Below are positions 62,747 through 64,000 of a DNA stretch of 64,000 nt, piece after piece. The translations under genes and the position numbers were made by a program. Position 1 is the stretch's first letter; each line of letters starts with the position of its first letter. The stretch is taken from assembly GCA_963809895.1 (NCBI GenBank), contig CAWELD010000003.1, forward strand, positions 96,001 to 160,000. The letters run 5' to 3'. This stretch comes from an uncultured Gemmatimonadales bacterium (lineage in GTDB: Bacteria > Gemmatimonadota > Gemmatimonadetes > Longimicrobiales > Gaopeijiaceae). The notes under the pieces were generated by a model, which worked only from the letters and a program-made list of their open reading frames with translations, was not told the origin of the DNA and did no database searches.

Positions 62747-64000
62747 TCCGTGTCGAGCGAGCCCCGGACGACGCCCGGGCCTTTCTGGCGTCCACGGAGC
62801 TGTTCGCCGAGGTGGAGGATCAGGCTGTGCGTGACGTGGCGGATCGCCTCGAGTGGGTTCTGGTGCGGGGTGGGGAGGACGTGTGCCGGCAGGGCGAGGC
62901 GGGGTCGAGCCTCTTTCTCGTGGCCACCGGCAAGCTGCGCGTGATCATCGCCGGGGCCGATGGGCGGGAGCGTGTCGTCCGCGAGCTGGGGCGAGGCGAG
63001 AACGTGGGCGAGATGTCCCTGCTCACCGGGGCGCCCCGCTCCGCCACCGTCACCGCCATTCGGGACTCGGTGCTGGCACGCCTGACCCGGGAGGGCTTCA
63101 ACGCTCTGGTCGCCGCCCACCCCGAGGCCATGCTGCCGCTCACGCGCATGCTCGCGCGCTGGCTGGACCGCGCCAACCAGCGGGAGCAACGGCCCGACGT
63201 GCCCACCACCGTCACGGTACGTGCCGGCTCCAGCGACGTGCCTCTCCGTTGGGTCGCCGAGACCCTGGCCACCGCGCTGGGCGAGATCGGTCCCACCCTC
63301 CACCTGCACGCGGACCGGGTCGACGGGGCCCTGTTCGCCGGTGCGGCCGACGAGGACGAGACGGGCGAAGGCTACGGCCGCGTCACCCGCTGGCTTTCGG
63401 AGCAGGAGGCCAGTCATCGCTTCGTGCTGTACGAGTCCGATGTCGGCAGGCCCGCGTGGGCTCGTCGCTGCGTGCGCCAGGCGGACCGGCTGCTCACGGT
63501 GGTCCGGAGCGAAGGACAACCGCGCGAGATCGACCGTGGCACGGCGGATCGCGGTTCCACCGCGCAGTCCCACCTCGTGCTGCTGCATCGGGCCGGCACC
63601 GGGCTTCCGCAGGCGACCAGGCGGTGGCGTCCCGACCGCTACGACGCACATCACCACCTGCGGGAGGACAGGCCGGCCCACTTCGGCCGCCTCGCTCGTC
63701 ATCTCGCCGGACAGGCCGTGGGGCTGGTGCTGGGCGGCGGTGGAGCCCGGGGCTTCGCCCATCTGGGCGTGGTGCGCGCCCTGATGGAATCCGGGGTGCC
63801 CATCGACCGCATCGGAGGCACGTCCATGGGGGCCATGATGGGTGCGCTGATCGCCATGGAGCGCAGCTACGCCGACCTGGTGTCCCTCAACGAAGGCATC
63901 TGGCCGAGGCTGGCGCCGAACCGCGACTTCACCATCCCCCTGATCTCCATCATGTCGGGCCGGCGCGGCATCCGGATCTGTGACGAGCTCTACGGGGACG
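62743..64000 (+). CDS. Cyclic-nucleotide-binding patatin-like phospholipase (NTE-like; runs off the right edge)
   Basis: Not in the ORF track. Manual translation from ATG 62743: cNMP domain ([12 protein letters not shown]...[15 protein letters not shown]), then [13 protein letters not shown] and GTSMG. Confidence 0.92.
   Translation, partial: MIRVERAPDDARAFLASTELFAEVEDQAVRDVADRLEWVLVRGGEDVCRQGEAGSSLFLVATGKLRVIIAGADGRERVVRELGRGENVGEMSLLTGAPRSATVTAIRDSVLARLTREGFNALVAAHPEAMLPLTRMLARWLDRANQREQRPDVPTTVTVRAGSSDVPLRWVAETLATALGEIGPTLHLHADRVDGALFAGAADEDETGEGYGRVTRWLSEQEASHRFVLYESDVGRPAWARRCVRQADRLLTVVRSEGQPREIDRGTADRGSTAQSHLVLLHRAGTGLPQATRRWRPDRYDAHHHLREDRPAHFGRLARHLAGQAVGLVLGGGGARGFAHLGVVRALMESGVPIDRIGGTSMGAMMGALIAMERSYADLVSLNEGIWPRLAPNRDFTIPLISIMSGRRGIRICDELYGD

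Noticed and set aside
59175..64000. Calling the cyclase-patatin operon a Pycsar or CBASS system outright
   Set aside because: The cyclase is a membrane CHASE2 receptor with adenine-type selectors, there is no CD-NTase, and no defence-island context is visible; only the logic is analogous.

Overview
High-GC, gene-dense bacterial chromosomal window with about 57 CDS. Gene content and the many secreted and lipoprotein genes suggest Gemmatimonadota (inference only). Housekeeping genes (nfuA, glyQS, nth, carB, ccmH-like, priA, thrC, pepP) are interspersed with exported peptidases and amidohydrolases, outer-membrane proteins, three ECF sigma loci and a MacAB-type exporter. I saw no rRNA, tRNA, CRISPR array or mobile element. 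Two genes are split by apparent single-C insertions, probably sequencing errors. Most notable: (1) a translationally coupled operon at the right end encoding a CHASE2 adenylate cyclase with an internal signal peptide and extra exported domain, an M48 lipoprotein protease and a cNMP-binding patatin phospholipase; (2) a sigma54-type promoter, 64-aa ORF and terminator in an apparent intergenic gap; (3) an M6 protease with a dockerin-like tail coupled to a small beta-rich lipoprotein; (4) an alpha/beta hydrolase with a PilZ-like tail; (5) a recurring ECF-type promoter motif; (6) a probable ATT start codon. All family assignments come from motif recognition, not database searches.
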